NCBI GenBank assembly: GCA_002269645.1
Contig: NIVC01001469.1
Location: forward strand, 1 to 60,196
Direction of reading: 5' to 3'
DNA length: 60,196 nt
Source of the DNA: Macrostomum lignano
Lineage: Eukaryota
Below are positions 1 to 12,850 of this stretch, piece by piece. The notes under the pieces are model-generated. The model worked only from the letters and a program-made list of their open reading frames with translations. It did no database searches and was not told the origin of the DNA. Every line of letters starts with the position of its first letter. Positions within the stretch are counted from its first letter, which is position 1. The translations under genes were made by a program, and so were the position numbers.

Positions 1-228
1 TAGCTGACTGTGTAGAAGCTTTATGACTATCAATAGAGCAATAAGAAAGGCACAACATATCAAAAGATGAACATTAGGTCTGCTTCCTATCGAAAGCAAT
101 AACAATTTTTGTGCTGAAAAAATGAAAACCTCCTATCTTTGTAGTGTATTTTTTCGGAAACCTGCCTTCTAAAATTTTCCAAAGAAACGAGGTTTCCCGT
201 CCTTCTATTTGAGTAGTTCTTGGATACA

Positions 229-3200
229 TCATGGACAATTAAGCAACTTACGCTTCAAACTTCGCACTACTTTGCTGCCCTGCTTCTCCTCCTTTGTCAT
301 TTCTGTCTGCTTCTTGGCAAAGTTGATAAACACCTGAAGATAAGTACAGGGGAAAGTGGTGAAAAGATCACCAGTGAAGCTTTTATCTACAGAGAACTTA
401 CTCAAAAAACAAAGCAAAACGCACCTGGTCAAGCGTTGTCTGATTAACACTATAGTCCTGCACGGTTCCCTCCGATTTGAGGCTGTTGACAACGTTGAAG
501 ATGCGGCTCAGAGTGACATCCTGGCTGATCTGGTACTGCAGCAGCGTGCCGTGCTCTTCCTTCAACTGCGCCTCCGGCAGCTCGCTCATGAAGCGTTCGT
601 GAAGACTCAGTACGTCTCCTGTTAGCAGGCGGTCGCTGCTACTCGCGGCAGGGCTTCTGTCCATCATCTTTGGGTTCTGATGGCCATTGTCAGAGACGGC
701 TGTTTCAGACAATGGAGCCTCGGCGCGTGGAAGACGCAGGAAAACCGTGAAACCTTGGCCATATTTTGTCTTCAGGTGCTGCGGACTTCCCAGGCACTTC
801 AGTTGGCCATTCACCTTGAAGGTTGGATGCAAATGTCTGATTAATGTGACAAATGTCTGCGGAAACGAACCATGATTCTCTACTCGTTCGCTCACTCTTT
901 CTATACTGCCCAAGGTAAAGTGCTATTTATTAAAAATCACAGTTACCATAATAGTGAGCCTGTGGCATAGGGCCTGACAGTCCTCCATGCTGTGACTAGT
1001 GAGGATCACACAGGAGCCAGCGGCCACCATTCTTTGGATGCAGCGCCACAAGAAGCGCCGCGCCCCGGGGTCCATTCCAGCAGTCGGCTCGTCCAGGAAC
1101 ACAATGGGCGGTCCGCCAATAAAGGCAATGCCGCAGGAGAGCTTCCGCTTGTTGCCGCCGCTGTACTCTTCAGTCAGCTTGTCCAGGTGAGGCACAATGC
1201 CAACCCTATAAAAATGTGGAACCGCTTTTGTCAGAAAAAGATAAATTAGCAAAAATCAATTTGATTGGCCAGTACTCACATTCTTGAAATGTAGGTAATT
1301 AGCTCAGGAATCTGATCCTCCGCGATGCCGCGAATCCTAGCAAACAGCTGCAGTGTCTCTCTGCCAGAGAGCAGCGGCAGGAGGGCATCAAACTGTGGAC
1401 AATAGCCCATCTGCTTGTGCGCTTCGAGTACATCCGTGAGAATAGAATGCCCATTTAGGGTGGCGTCGCCACTCGTCGGATCAATGTCGCCGGTCAGCAT
1501 TTTAAAGGTGGTGGTCTTGCCTGCACCATTCACGCCCAGAAAGCCGAAGCACTCACGCTGCGAGACACCCAGAGCGACGCCATTCACTGCGGCCCGAGGA
1601 CCAGTCCTGGTATGGAAAATCTTCACCAGATCCCGAATCACCAGACAGTTGCTACCTGTGGCGCCGCCGGAATCTCCGCCAGCGTTGCCCAGCACGCGAT
1701 CACGCTCTGCTTTAACATCGTCTTCCTCGACTTCCCGGCGCTCCAGCAGTTTGCTGTACTTATCTTGATGGCAGGATCGGTAAATGCGCCCGGTGCAGCA
1801 GCCTTGGCCGCAAAAGAAGTTGTACTCAATTAGCAGTACCAGTACAAAGTATACGATGCTTTGCACAGCCAGGCAAATAATGTAGCGTATGGTTTGCTCC
1901 CATGCATTGTCACTAATCGTAACGTCGCCGTAAGATGACGCTAGAGTCTGGACGCTAACTCCCAATGAGTCAGCGAGCTCCTTGAGCTTTACGGAAAACT
2001 GATAGTAGTAGTTAAGCTCCATTAGTCCCTGTCCAAGACAAAAGTGAGGAAACACGAGGAACACATACTTCAATGCGTTTGCAGTATTCTGCATCTGGTC
2101 GTCCTTGTTCTCCAGAGCGATCATTTCTACGATTGCTACTGACATGGTGGTGACGAAGCCGACGCCAAGGTTAAAGCATGACAGCATTGTGAACGCTTTG
2201 CTAGGTACACTGAGCACCCAACTGAACGGGTACATAACCGGCGCATTGGCAAAGCCGAACAAAAGCATGATGACAATGAAGGGGCCGATAGTATCCTTGC
2301 TGACAAACGCCTCCGATTTGAAGGCAACGAAGATCAGAATGAGAATAACTAACGGGACTAAATAGTTCACCATGTTCCACAAGTGGTTTATTAGCCAATA
2401 GAGCGCTGGATTGATACCCGACACGAACTGCAGGTGCTTGGCATTCGTTCGTCTCTCTGTTATTAAGAATAGCACAAAGCTAGCCGGAATAAATGAAAGG
2501 GCGAATATGATGGAGACCACTGTGATGGCGGAAGTGATTGTCTGGCTTGTCAACGTGTTTTCAACATACTCGGAGCGCAGTGTAATGGGATGCGTCCAAC
2601 CGGACACTCCATACAGATTCTCAGAGGCCCCAGTCGGTAGCCGCGAACGAAGCATAGCATTGCTTAAAATATTCAGATAAGCGGGGCCGGACACGTATCC
2701 GCGATTGTCGTACCAGACCTGCGCTCTTAGGAGCTCCGAATTGTTAGTAGTTGGCTTTAGTGCATTGAGGGCATCGGAAAACGAAGCAGTAAAGTTGTAC
2801 ACGATCGAGTTTCCAACGTTAATGCCCATAGCAGTGACCTCAGATTTGCTGACATAGTTCAGCGTTGGATCGGTGTCGTTGACGAACAAAGAGAAACCAC
2901 CGAATCGGATCTTGAAGTATTTTGATACACTAGATTGAATGTAGTTAGTCACATTGTACAGTGTGTAATTTTCAAATATATCCGCACTCAATAGATTCTT
3001 GCTAGCTGGGGTGGGCCAATCAACGCACTTTGCACTTTCTGGATACTTTTCGTAGGAGCAGCGACAGTTGGAGGTGTCCAAAGGCAGATTGGTAGGCGTT
3101 GAGCCCCAAGTTGCAGGAGGATTTGTTGGCGCCAAACAGGAGAATTTGTCGTTGCCATGCTCAGTTGAGGTGCTGACACAGCGAGTTCCAAGAGAGTCTG

Positions 3201-6200
3201 TGTTGTAGAAATGCGACTTCAACTTGGCTGCGTCTTGTAGATTTCCAACACTTGGTGTCAGCGTCTCAACGAATGAGTAAAGCTTCTTCGTTCGCAAAGC
3301 GTTCCTGTCCCGTGTGCCTAACATGTACCATGGGGCCAGCTGCATTGGCGGATTATCCCCATCGGTAGGTCTGATTTGTTGCAAGCCGAGCGAAAGAAGA
3401 ATGAAGAATATCGGCAGAATAAATTCTGCAACGAAGCCCATCTTCGAGCGGCGAATAACGGTGAATCGCTTGATCCAGAGCGCCTTCACTTGATGGCGCA
3501 AAGGGTGATCAGTATAGCGTAAAGTCGGCGGTTGAGAGAGCGAAGCCCGGCGGCTGCCACGAGGCATGTCCAGTGGTACAGCGCTTGGAGTGGCGCAACG
3601 CGGGCTGTTTTGCTGCTTTGTATCCAGCAAGTCATCATCATCAACCAGCGGATTCGAGGCAGCGGCCGCCTCCAGTTGGCGCTCTTTTCGGAAGCTGCTG
3701 CGGCTAGAGCGAAGGTTGACGACAGCTGACGCATCCTTGTCCACGGTTTCTTCTCGATCAGCTTCAGTAACGTTCAGAAAAATTTCCTCTAGCGAGCAGT
3801 CTTCAATGCCGAACGATTCGATCCCGAGTTCGTCACGACTATTTTCTAGCTGTTGAAACAAGTTTGAAAAACTTTCACTGGCATTGAACGGCAGCTTCAC
3901 TGTTACCTCGCTAGTGGTACACTCGCCTAGCTGTGAGGTGGGTACGTAGCGCTGCACAAATGACAATAGCTTGCTTTGTTCACAACTGGTTACCAATGTC
4001 AAAGTGTAGCCATGACCGAATGCCTTCTTTAGGAACATTGGAGAGCCGGAGCAAACAAGTCGACCTTTATCGATGATGCAGATTCGGTCGCCAAGGATGT
4101 CAGCTTCGTCCATATGGTGAGTAGTGAGCAAGATTGTACGACCAGATCGGAACTTGCCAAGCACATCCCAGATGGAGCGCCTGGCGTGGGGGTCCACTCC
4201 TGCAGTTGGCTCGTCCAGAATTATTAGCTTTGAGTCTCCCACAAAGGCCATGGCTACAGACAGCTTGCGTTTCATGCCGCCGGACAGGTTTCTGCTCAAC
4301 TCGAATCGCTTGTTATCGAGGCCGACGTCCACAACAAAACTGTCAATCTGTGAGCCTATCGTACTCTTGTCCAGGCCTTTTAGCATACCATAGAAGTAGA
4401 TATGATCCTCCACAGTCAGATGGTTGAACAGCACGTTATGTTGAGGGCAAAATCCAAGGTGTTTCCGAATTTGATCCATTTGTGTGCGAATGTCGTGTCC
4501 ATAAATGTAGGCTGTACCCGTCGTGGGCGTGTACAAACCAGTCAAGATCGAAACGGTTGTACTTTTACCTAAAGAAAAATGGTTGGTTTCGAAAATTAGG
4601 CTGAAATGAGGTTTAAACAGAAAAATGCAGCTAATATGATTCTTACCAGCTCCATTGTGCCCCAGGAACGAGGTGACCTGGCCTTCGTAGAAATTGTACG
4701 TAACACTGTTGACAGCAATGAAATCCTTAGCATTTTTGCAGGCACACAAGCCAGGCTTGTATACCTTCGTAAGCGCTCGAAGTGCGGCTCCAACTTTTAG
4801 ATTTCTAGGCTCTTCCTCAAAGTGCTGCCGATCACCTGTCATTTCAACATCTCCCTGGTCAGGCGCCAGCTCAACCTTGCTGCAAGAGCTGCACCAATAA
4901 GATTTGGTAAAAGGAAAGTAAAATGGTTTCGGAACGCCATACTTTCCTGGAAAAACCTTTTCGATGTACCAAGTTAGAAGCATTAGCAGAAATGCGTCGA
5001 CCCACAGCATAAAAAGAACACCGCCAAACGTAAATGAACTATCCATCAGAGGACTCTTCGCTACGTTATCTGGCTGTATTCCAATATTCGCAAGTTCCCA
5101 GAGACCAATGTACTTGCAGCCGAGGCCAAACCCAATTTGCGGTATTAGGCAGCTGGCGGCAAGGGCGCCGGCGCCCATGCTTTCGATGAACCGGTCAACA
5201 ACAGTGTACGGAATGTAGCCGAGAAAAAACAGCACACCAGCAAACGCCGACGCGACACTGGAGTTCGAGAAAAAAACCGAGATGAAGAAGGCCTCACAGA
5301 TAGTGCTGACTACGAAGGATAAAATAAAAAAGAACAGTATTATCGGATGGCTGTTCACGATGATTCCGCCAGCTTTAATTATAATAGTCATTAGAATTGT
5401 GGCCACCAGCATTACGCATCCAGAAGTGATGAACCAGGCTAGCCAGTGTTCCCAGTCGGCCAGCCCCATGATTTTCATCATCTCTTTAAGTCGGCTCTCC
5501 TTCTCGTACACCACAGCATTGACGAGCAAGGTGACACTGTAAATCCAGGCCAGGGTCATGATCATCGGGATGACGGACTGAATAACCGTCGTAAACTGAT
5601 CCTGGATGTAGCACGGGCTGGGGAAGAGACGCAAGTAGTTTATCTGGCTAGCATTTCCCCCGAGAATTCGGCCGGTAATGCTTTGCTCAAGCAGCTCTTG
5701 AATGTGAAGAAAAAACGAAGTAAAATATTTGAAGTGTTTGGGATAGGTCGAGCGCTGACCCGGTGACCAGGTACTTGCCGTGACGCGAAACCGAAGCGTG
5801 CTGTCTACCATACTCGAGACCATGCGCAGACGATATTTCTCAAACGTGGCTCCGCCCAGAGTATCAAACGCTACAGCCGCCATGAAATAAGGCTTACTGT
5901 CGTTTTCGTTCTGCTTGAACTCGTCAATCAAGTAAAGCGAATAGTCATTCATGGCCGTCTCCGTTTGGAAGCCGCGCAACTTGTTAAGCTTAAAGCATGC
6001 CGTATAGTAATAAATTCGCCGCATTATGGCGTCAATAATTACTTTGGCTGACTGCCAATTTGAATTTTCAGACGATGTAGAAGTACTTTGAGCTAAGAAG
6101 TCGGAACCCATCTCGCATAAGTTTCCAGATCCACCACCGGTGATGCGGGTACAAATCGTAAAGAATTTCTAAAAAAATATTTTTAAATTTAATTGCTGCA

Positions 6201-9200
6201 TTATTATTCCAAAGATATTCAGAAAAGCTGAGTAATTACCCTAAGCTCCTCGGCTTGAGTACCGTTAGCAATGAAATTAGCCATGTGAGCACTCTCGTGG
6301 TGATCCAAGCTTTGGCCAAGTCGGATATTTGGCCGAGTCTCTCAAACGTAGCATTTAGCTGTAAAATATTTTTTCCAAACTCATATTCAAATGTTATTTT
6401 ACAGCAACGAATGTACGAGCTAATTGAATTCTCAATTAAATTAATTGTCGTACCGCTTTTAAGTTGGCTTGAGTTGCGTTGTTATTTGGGTAGTATAGAA
6501 CATCTCCGAACAGCAGATTTGGGAGCTGGCTCATCCCAAGGGGAGATAACAGCATGGACACCTCAGCCATAATGGTCTTCAGAAACTTCTGGTTGTAGCA
6601 ATCTGGAACGATGGAAATTAAGTGTCTCTTTGATCAGGTACAAATTCAGAGTCTGGAAAATTGAAACAGGAAAAAATGGCTTTTCTTTTGACAGACAAGC
6701 AGCACTTACACATGGACGGGGGTCGCAGAGTAGCAAAGATAGGATTCGCAGCGCTGAACACTGTGCTCGCGTTTTTCAGGACATCCTGCACTTTGGAACT
6801 GAGCTGGCTAAACATTGAAATTATGGTTGTCTCTCCCGCGCCGCAAAGCAGCTGACTGACGCTTCTGACTGCTGTGTTAATATCGGACGACAGGCCGCTA
6901 GCAACCTTGCTAAGCTGACCAAACGCAGTGTTGGTCTGCATTAAAGTTGACGCCTGGCTGACGAATGCAGTGAGCACCGGTAGGTCCGTGACATTCATAG
7001 GTAAAGTATACTTGTCTGATTCAGTCGATTTCACCTGAGTTTTGTTAACAGCGTGAGTCAAGCTAGTCAACTCGATATTAACAGCAGATGCTTTTAATGT
7101 ATCCCAATCTTACCTGGTTTAGCATTAAGCTGACGTTAAACTGGTTCTGCAGATTAGTCTTGAATTGCGTCTGATTGCACAGGTTGGAGATTGTCACCCA
7201 GCCGTCGCTGCCGCCAGCGCTGGTGTCATTGCTGATTCCCGTTGAAAAGTTGCAGATTAGCTGGGCGCTTAATGGAGCCATGGCGGTGCTCAGCAGCGGC
7301 AGAAAGCCAGACTCCGTATCGATGTTCAGACGCTACAAAAATAGAAAATATGATGAAAGCTTTCAGTAAAAATGGTGCAGGCATAATGACGGGTAACTAA
7401 GCACAGTCTTACACTAGGAACCATCAGTGCAGTTCCCAACACAAGAGCCTGCTCAGCGGCCGTCGCAGTAACGTTATCAAACAGAGCACTGGGGTTGTTG
7501 AAGAAGCTTGAGAAGTTCAAAGCGGTCGAGCCTGGAATTATGCAGACATATTAATCGGATGCTTGGAGAACAAATAAAGCATTATTATCAGCAGACAAAT
7601 ACCTGCAGGATCGCTCCAATTTGTGGGCGTCACATCGAGTATCATGCGGTATTTGCTCAGTGCAGGATTTGAGTACAGTTGATTGTACAAAGTGACTGCT
7701 TCGTTGACTTGACTAAGCCTGATTGGGGACAAAGCAAGGGCACGAGTTATATAGTTTATGCTAAAAATAACTTCTGCAATCAGAACAAACGTTCCGATGC
7801 ATTGCAATTAATAGAGAAATTAGTTAGCCAGCATGTCACTTTGTCAACGTTCAGAGTTAATAATAGTCTTTGATTAAGCAATCATTACTCGGCATTTTGA
7901 TTAGTTTTTGGAAAAAGAGGCAGCAAAGTCTTGATATTCAAGTACACTGACTGCTCATACTAGCTCCTATTTAATTTGCAGATAGCATTTGTTGACCTGG
8001 AATTAGGCAATAGGTAGGACTAATTAGCTAATTGGACTCAGTCCATCATTTGATTGAATATAGCTCGTAGCTAGCTCGTTGCTCAAACTCAGGTAAAGCT
8101 TTTTACCTTTATCTAGAATAAACGCCGTCTATGCTTCAGGAATTGCAATTAGGGCTAAAAAAAAATTGTGCGCAAATAATAGCATGACTGTATACTTGAC
8201 TGATGAGGAACCTCATTAGCTAAATTTTAAGAATCCATGTCTGTCGTACATAAAGTTAATCTTAATTAATGAATAACCCCCATGCAGCCTCAAAAGCTTA
8301 CTCAGTCGAGCTGATAATCGGCTTTTTGGTGTAGCCCGTGTCCTCCTTCTGGCACACGCCCAGAAAGCAGAACGAGGTGAGCGCAGCTCCAATGCCGTTG
8401 CTAGCCAGGGAGGACGGCTTGAACTGGCAGTCGGGACTCTTCACCAGGAAGTCTTGCGATTTGCGCACGGCCACCAGAATAAGGAAGAACATCAGGGGTG
8501 CCAGGATCTCGGCTAGCGTCTTGCCCTGAGTTCGTATGCGAGGTTACGCAATTAGTTGTATAAAACACAATGTAATTACGAGTAATATTAATATTTGGAA
8601 CAGTTCAGGAGGGCAGCGGCAGTCTGGCGCAACGCTTTCGGTGAAATAGTTCCAGGACTACTGAGCACATGCAAGCGCGTCAGTACTGCTACGCAGACAC
8701 GCACTCCCCGCTCACACAGGGTGTACAGCAGCCACTTGACTTTCACAGTGTCGCGACTTTCCTAGTCATTTCTTTAGTTCACCTTCACTTGTCTCTGTTT
8801 ACTCTGTTTTCTCTCTCTGTCTAGCTCAATCTTGTTATTCTCATCTCTCTCTCCCTTGCTGCCTTCTGATTGGCTCTCCGTCTCGCCTCTTTCCTCAGTC
8901 GCGCACTCCACCCCACCCCTTGTGTTATCTTGTACCCCCAAAGTTAATGTTCTATAAATACATCGGTTTGGGCCCTGCGCCCACTTACTGCTTCTTTCAG
9001 TCTTACTATTCAATGTAACTTTTATTCAAATTATTCTTTAGTTTATACTCTTAAATTTTCTTTACACACAGAGCCATGTACACACTCTGTGCCTTGGTGG
9101 TTTGCCCTCATAAATGTGAATCGCGCGACAACTATCTTGGGCCAATTTTTTGAGCACAAGCCCAAAATAAATGCGCCCGCTCACGGAATCGAACCAGGGG

Positions 9201-9331
9201 CCGGTCGTGTGGCGCGAGAGATCCCCATATCATATAATTACTTTCCAATTCTCTTTGCAACAGCAGCAACATCTTACCCATTGGCGTTGTTTTAATTTGA
9301 AGTTCTTCCAAAGTAGCAGCAAAAGAGCCAT
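229..9331 (-). CDS. ABCA: ABC transporter subfamily A (ABCA1/ABCA4-like full transporter), 13 coding exons, ~2,310 aa; one apparent 1-nt frameshift in exon 8
   Basis: Exons read by hand with GT-AG boundaries and consistent phases (minus strand): 9331-9278, 8525-8302, 7760-7603, 7531-7413, 7332-7114, 7034-6710, 6602-6454, 6358-6240, 6168-4647, 4568-1280, 1205-947, 814-425, 333-229. N-terminus [19 protein letters not shown]|[21 protein letters not shown] matches the ABCA LLLWKN motif. NBD1: [43 protein letters not shown]2: [61 protein letters not shown] and [14 protein letters not shown] are ABCA TMD motifs. Exact orthology within ABCA not determined. Confidence 0.93.
8774..9013 (+). repeat. 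CT-rich low-complexity tract in ABCA intron 1
   Basis: Interrupted (CT)n/pyrimidine runs, e.g. ctctctctgt...ctcatctctctctccc...gtctcgcctctttcctc. Confidence 0.55.
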
Positions 9332-11418
9332 GTCTGCTAGTGTGAAGCAGAGGCTTGATCTAATAGAAGCTGTCCTCTCACTGAGGCACTAGAGTTCTCA
9401 AATAGCGGATTCAATATTTAACCTACGCTGTCATTTAAAAATAGAGAACAGTGGTGGAGTGCATGGCTGGAACTGCAGGGACTGTTAAAGAGGTGGGCGA
9501 GGGGTTGGCCAGAAGCGGTCTGAGGTAGTCGCACTTTGAGCCAACCCTCAACCCCAGCCCGCTATTCTTCTGCAAAGTCCTCAGCTTTCATTCCGTCCAA
9601 TTGTGCGTCGACCTTGGCGTTCAGAAGAACTGCAGTTTTTCAAACCTGTTCGCTTGCTAATCCTCTCCTAGGTGTACTCTCCAACTCTCGACTACATTCC
9701 CTTCCGCAAATGCTCAACTACTGAGAGCATAGGCTCATGGTAAAGTTCTCCCTGGGGTAAGGAAATACTGGCGGTGGGGAAGGTAGACGTTATAGGGGTA
9801 AGACGGGGAGGGACTAAAGCTGGTATGAGCTGGAATAGCGCCCTGTTTTGAGCGTATTTCTTCATTTCCATTCGGAAATTTTCATCCCAAGCTATGCGCA
9901 CCTGACTGTTTAACGACGGAGGCCGATTGGGCAATAGCAGCTTTCTAGCAACGCGTATTGGTTGCCATGCAGCAATCCCAAAATCTCTCTTCACATCCCC
10001 CACTAAAAATTTCCCCCACTCCTCACGTGCGATGGTAGCTGGATCAATAAATCTACTCAGTCAGTAAGAACGGATGTAGGGCATAGAGTGCATGCACTGT
10101 GATTTATTATAGAAGTTTCAAATCAATGTCATCAGATGCAATTGGTGACAGTTAATGAGCCTCTATCGAGTAATATTTCCAAAGTTGAATCTCTCTTGGA
10201 GCCAAAGAGCAAGTGAAGTGAATTTTGCTTAATAGAGTGTCAGTTCGTTATTCTGGCTTGCAGTAAGTCTGTCTGCAACAGTGTATTGTTTGGAGAATTA
10301 GCGCAAAACAAGTATAAACTGGATTTTGGGAGGGGTATGACCGATACAAGCGTAGTTGTGCTCCATTTTTTTTCATTGCAGTGCATATTCCATAGCAATG
10401 CACAATTTTTCTATAGGGGGGGTCAGAGATTGCTGCTAGTAACGTTTTTTTCGTTGCTTCTCGTTGTTTCGGGCTTTGCTACTCGCATATTGTATTTTTT
10501 ACAACGGGACAGAGCCCGATCGGACCATACGGTGGTCCAGACCGTCCTACTGTACAAACGCTGAGACCTGGACGCTGCAAGCTGCCTTCAAGATCGGTAA
10601 GAAGCGAAATTCTAACGCGGCACTTATTATCATGCACCTTATCAATTAATCAGGCCTGGTGCCTGTTGCGCCGTGTGGGCATCACTAGCTGCCCGTAGTC
10701 GCCAGAGGTTAGCGGAAGGGGCGTCAACGCCTCCCCGCCGCATCCCGGAGCCCAGCTGAGTCAGGTGAGGCATATTGCAGCATTGCAACATTAAGCCCTT
10801 CGCACACTTATTAGATACTCGTAATTAATAAACAATACAAAGTTTAACAAACACAAATTTATGTCAATCAAAATGATGGAATATATTTCAGTAAATAATT
10901 AAGCTACCTTTGCCGCTAATACGTAGAATACACTGTATATTTAGCATTAAAATTTGTGTAAAGTTGCCACAACCCAAATATGCATGGAGCTGAAGTAACA
11001 GTCAGCGTATAGTAACAAACTATAGTCAAGCATCAAGGCTTTTTTTGTGTACTCATAAAAAGTTTTGGTCACCATGAAAAAGACTACAAAAAGGACTTAA
11101 TAACACCGATTATTATAACAAAACAGTTCAGGACTTCAAGTAAGTCAACACTGGCAATTGTAATTACACAGCCTAGGGAAAAAAATAGGGGCAATGTAAA
11201 GGCTCGATTGAAATAGAATTTGGCGTGAAAACTGACTCAAAAGTTGACGCGGACTAAGTATTATTATAAAAGCATATCTAAACTACACTACTTCCGAGTA
11301 GTATAATGTATTTACCACCTCTAGTTAGGCATTGAGACCGAACCCACTATTAAAGTATTTTAAGAACTCTCCTTGTCGTCAAGCCAAGAGTCAAACCAGT
11401 CAAGCTACACATGCCGAA

Positions 11419-12685
11419 TCAGTACTGATGCTTCTCAACGAACAGAGTGTCCTGAGCCGCGGCCCCGAGCGAGGCGCCGCCGCCGCCGCCGTATTTGCCC
11501 AAAGCAGCCTGGCCATTGGCTCGGGCCCGCTTCAGCAGCTCGGCCTGGGCCGCTTTCTCGTTGTTGCGCGAGCCGCGCCAGGCTGCCAGAACGGAGGCCT
11601 GCAATTATAAGTTGAGTGTAATTGGAGTGTAACTGGCATGCATGCAGTGTCGCGCTTTGGCCACTGGGCAAATGCTGGGACTCTTGAGGACTGTCAACCC
11701 TGAGATGCGGCTGGAACCATGAAGACCAACAACAATTTAGTGTAATCTACAGGTTATCTTTCTGTAAGCAAAACTCACCTGCAGAGCCCGACCGAAGCTG
11801 AAAGTCAGAGCCCAAGGCTTTCTACCCTGCTGTTTGTTAATAGCGTCCAGATGGATGGTGGCGTCCTCCTCGCTCTGACCGCCGCTGAGGAAGCAGATGC
11901 CAGGCACAGCGGCAGGCACCGCTCTGCTCAGAGCAGTGACCGTGGCCTCGGCCACCTGCTGCGGCGTGTACTTTGTTGGGCAGGCCTGGCCGCACGTCAC
12001 CATATTAGGCTTGAGCAGGGTGCCCTCCAGGTAGACGTGATGATCAGCCAGAGCTTTATAAGTGAAAGCCAGCACAAGCTCCGTGACCTTCTGCGCCGTG
12101 GCCAGATCGTGATCGCCGTCCTGAGATTGGGAAATGAAGATATGGTAAATTTTGATTGATTGAGTACTAAAAAGTGATTTTCCCGAATCCAATGTTGCAC
12201 CTCATAATGCACACTTACTTGCAGAACCTCCGGTTCAACGATTGGCACTAATCCATTCTGCTGACAGATTGAAGCGTATCTAGCCAGCACGTTGGCATTC
12301 TCTAGCATAGCCTGATACGAAGGCGTGTACTGGCCAATGTTTAGCACGCAGCGCCATTTGGCAAACTGGGCGCCATCTTTTTTATACTGAGCGCAGCGTT
12401 CGGCCAGACCGTCCAGTCCCTGTGTGGTGCACTCGCCTAGCGAACCGGCCAGCGGAACAACTCCCTTGTCAACCTTGATGCCCGGTATGATGCCGTTGCG
12501 CTGCAGCAGCTGCGGCAGCGGCGTACCATCGTCCGACTTCTGGTAGAAGGTCTCGTGGAACAGGATCACGCCGGAGATGTGGTTAGCCAGCTCCTTATCG
12601 CCGGAGAATAGCAACTGCCTGTACAGGCGCCTGTTCTCTTCAGTATTTTCTACATTGATGCCTTGGAAGCGCTTGCCGCAGGTTC
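11419..12685 (-). CDS. ALDO: Fructose-bisphosphate aldolase class I, exons 2-4
   Basis: Exons 12685-12219, 12120-11779, 11598-11419 with GT-AG boundaries in consistent phase. Motifs: [64 protein letters not shown] (Schiff-base Lys), [18 protein letters not shown]-terminal HQY*. Confidence 0.97.
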
Positions 12686-12850
12686 CTTAGAGACGAGTGA
12701 AATGTTGAATGAAAAGCATAATTAAAATTTTTTAATTGCACAAAACTTGAAGGTCAAATTTTGTTCCCATTCTAGGGAGGGAGGGTTGGAGAATAGAAAT
12801 GTGTGACAGAAATGGTAACACATAAAAGAGAATGAGGTTGACGAGGGCTC

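Noticed and set aside
1415-5766. Plus-strand ORFs overlapping ABCA (and similar antisense ORFs over aldolase, the LINE and VPS45)
   Set aside because: They are antisense shadows of GC-rich coding sequence.
9380-9400. Spliced-leader trans-splice acceptor before the ABCA start (also before the aldolase ATG)
   Set aside because: AG dinucleotides are present but cannot be distinguished from cis acceptors or chance without transcript data.
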